A DNA stretch of 61,939 nt, the filler included, from Nemertoderma westbladi (lineage: Eukaryota > Animalia > Xenacoelomorpha), in assembly GCA_032718475.1 (NCBI GenBank). It is 3 parts of 3 records of this genome, joined end to end, with 100 filler letters (N's around TTAATTAATTAA, not from the genome) between each part and the next. Parts side by side here need not be neighbours in the genome. Positions count along the whole stretch, not along the records: positions 37,489 to 61,939 come from JAUCBJ010007321.1; 2 more parts are not named here. One strand, 5' to 3'. The notes beneath the pieces were generated by a model. The model made no database searches. It was not told the DNA's origin and was given only the letters and a program-made list of their open reading frames with translations. A program made the position numbers and the translations under genes. Position 1 is the first letter of the stretch. Every line of letters begins with the position of its first letter. Shown here one piece after another: positions 61,128-61,939 of the stretch.

Positions 61128-61939
61128 GTAAGTTCATTTATTAATATTGACATATAAATTTTGTATCTTAGTTACAGTACCAACGATGGACATCGAATAC
61201 ATGACAAATCCATACAGTTATTAGTTTAGAGGTTATTCTTTCTCCTTGTTGCAAATTAACTCAGCTTTCTTTTTACATTAACATTTATAATTAAAATTAC
61301 GAATTTTAAGGGTCGAAAAATATCGCGTAATTTTGGCCCTTTTTTCATTTTTTTGGGGGGGCCAAAATTAACCCTTTCTCAAAGGAGGACCAGAATCGAA
61401 GTATAGAGCGATTTTAGTGAAAATAAAAAAATATTTTTTTTTTGCAAAAATTGTGAATGTTTTATATTGGTTTTCGTAATCGCGAACTCAGGTTTCATTT
61501 ATGTGACTGATAACCACTAGAATATGAAAACAAGAGAAATTTAAATTTTCGAGTATCTTTTTTTAAACATCAATAACTCCGGTTCTACTGGGCCGTTTGA
61601 TCTGAAACCTTTACCAATGGATAGAGGATAGATTCTAATTTGTGAAATTGGAAAGAACTTGGGATAACACAGTAGTGCACTTAATGCAAAATGCACTTAA
61701 ATAGTGGACATTTTTCAGATATTTCAAACACAATTATTTCCAGATCAATTTATCGTAGAATGTTATTTTGGGATTAAATCGTAGGTTGGAGTGATTTGTA
61801 ACTATAATCTTAACATTAATTTTGTTTAACGTTTTATGTCTATAAAGTTAGTTAAAATCTCATTGAATATAGTCCAAAATCACAAATGTCGCGATTAAAT
61901 TGCACTTTTTGACACTATTAGTAACGGACACTTGATCTT

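Overview
AT-rich, transposon-saturated eukaryotic DNA, probably from an invertebrate. It consists of three contigs joined by artificial N-TTAATTAATTAA-N linkers (1-26540, 26641-37388, 37489-61939). Contig 1 holds a multi-level nest of non-autonomous DNA transposons (Mutator-like with 9-bp TSDs, hAT-like with 8-bp TSDs). It also holds an apparently intact CR1-clade LINE whose ORF2 starts with an in-frame 60-bp Pro/Arg-rich minisatellite, a decayed L2/Crack-like LINE interrupted by a tRNA-derived SINE, and the 5' half of a BEL/Pao LTR retrotransposon. Contig 2 is mostly a BEL/Pao-derived element with gag and protease but no recognisable RT, RNase H or integrase. In the env position, behind a splice-acceptor-like signal, it carries a disrupted ORF encoding a DEDDy/WRN-like 3'-5' exonuclease fused to Cys/His zinc knuckles; this is the most striking item. 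Contig 3 holds the only recognisable host gene, an uninterrupted OCRL/INPP5B-like inositol 5-phosphatase ORF that stops early in the ASH domain. It also holds RTE fragments, a ~5-kb 31-bp minisatellite, Harbinger-like and Helentron-like non-autonomous elements, and a Penelope-like inverted pseudo-LTR with minimal hammerhead motifs. All calls are by eye from motifs; no database searches were run.
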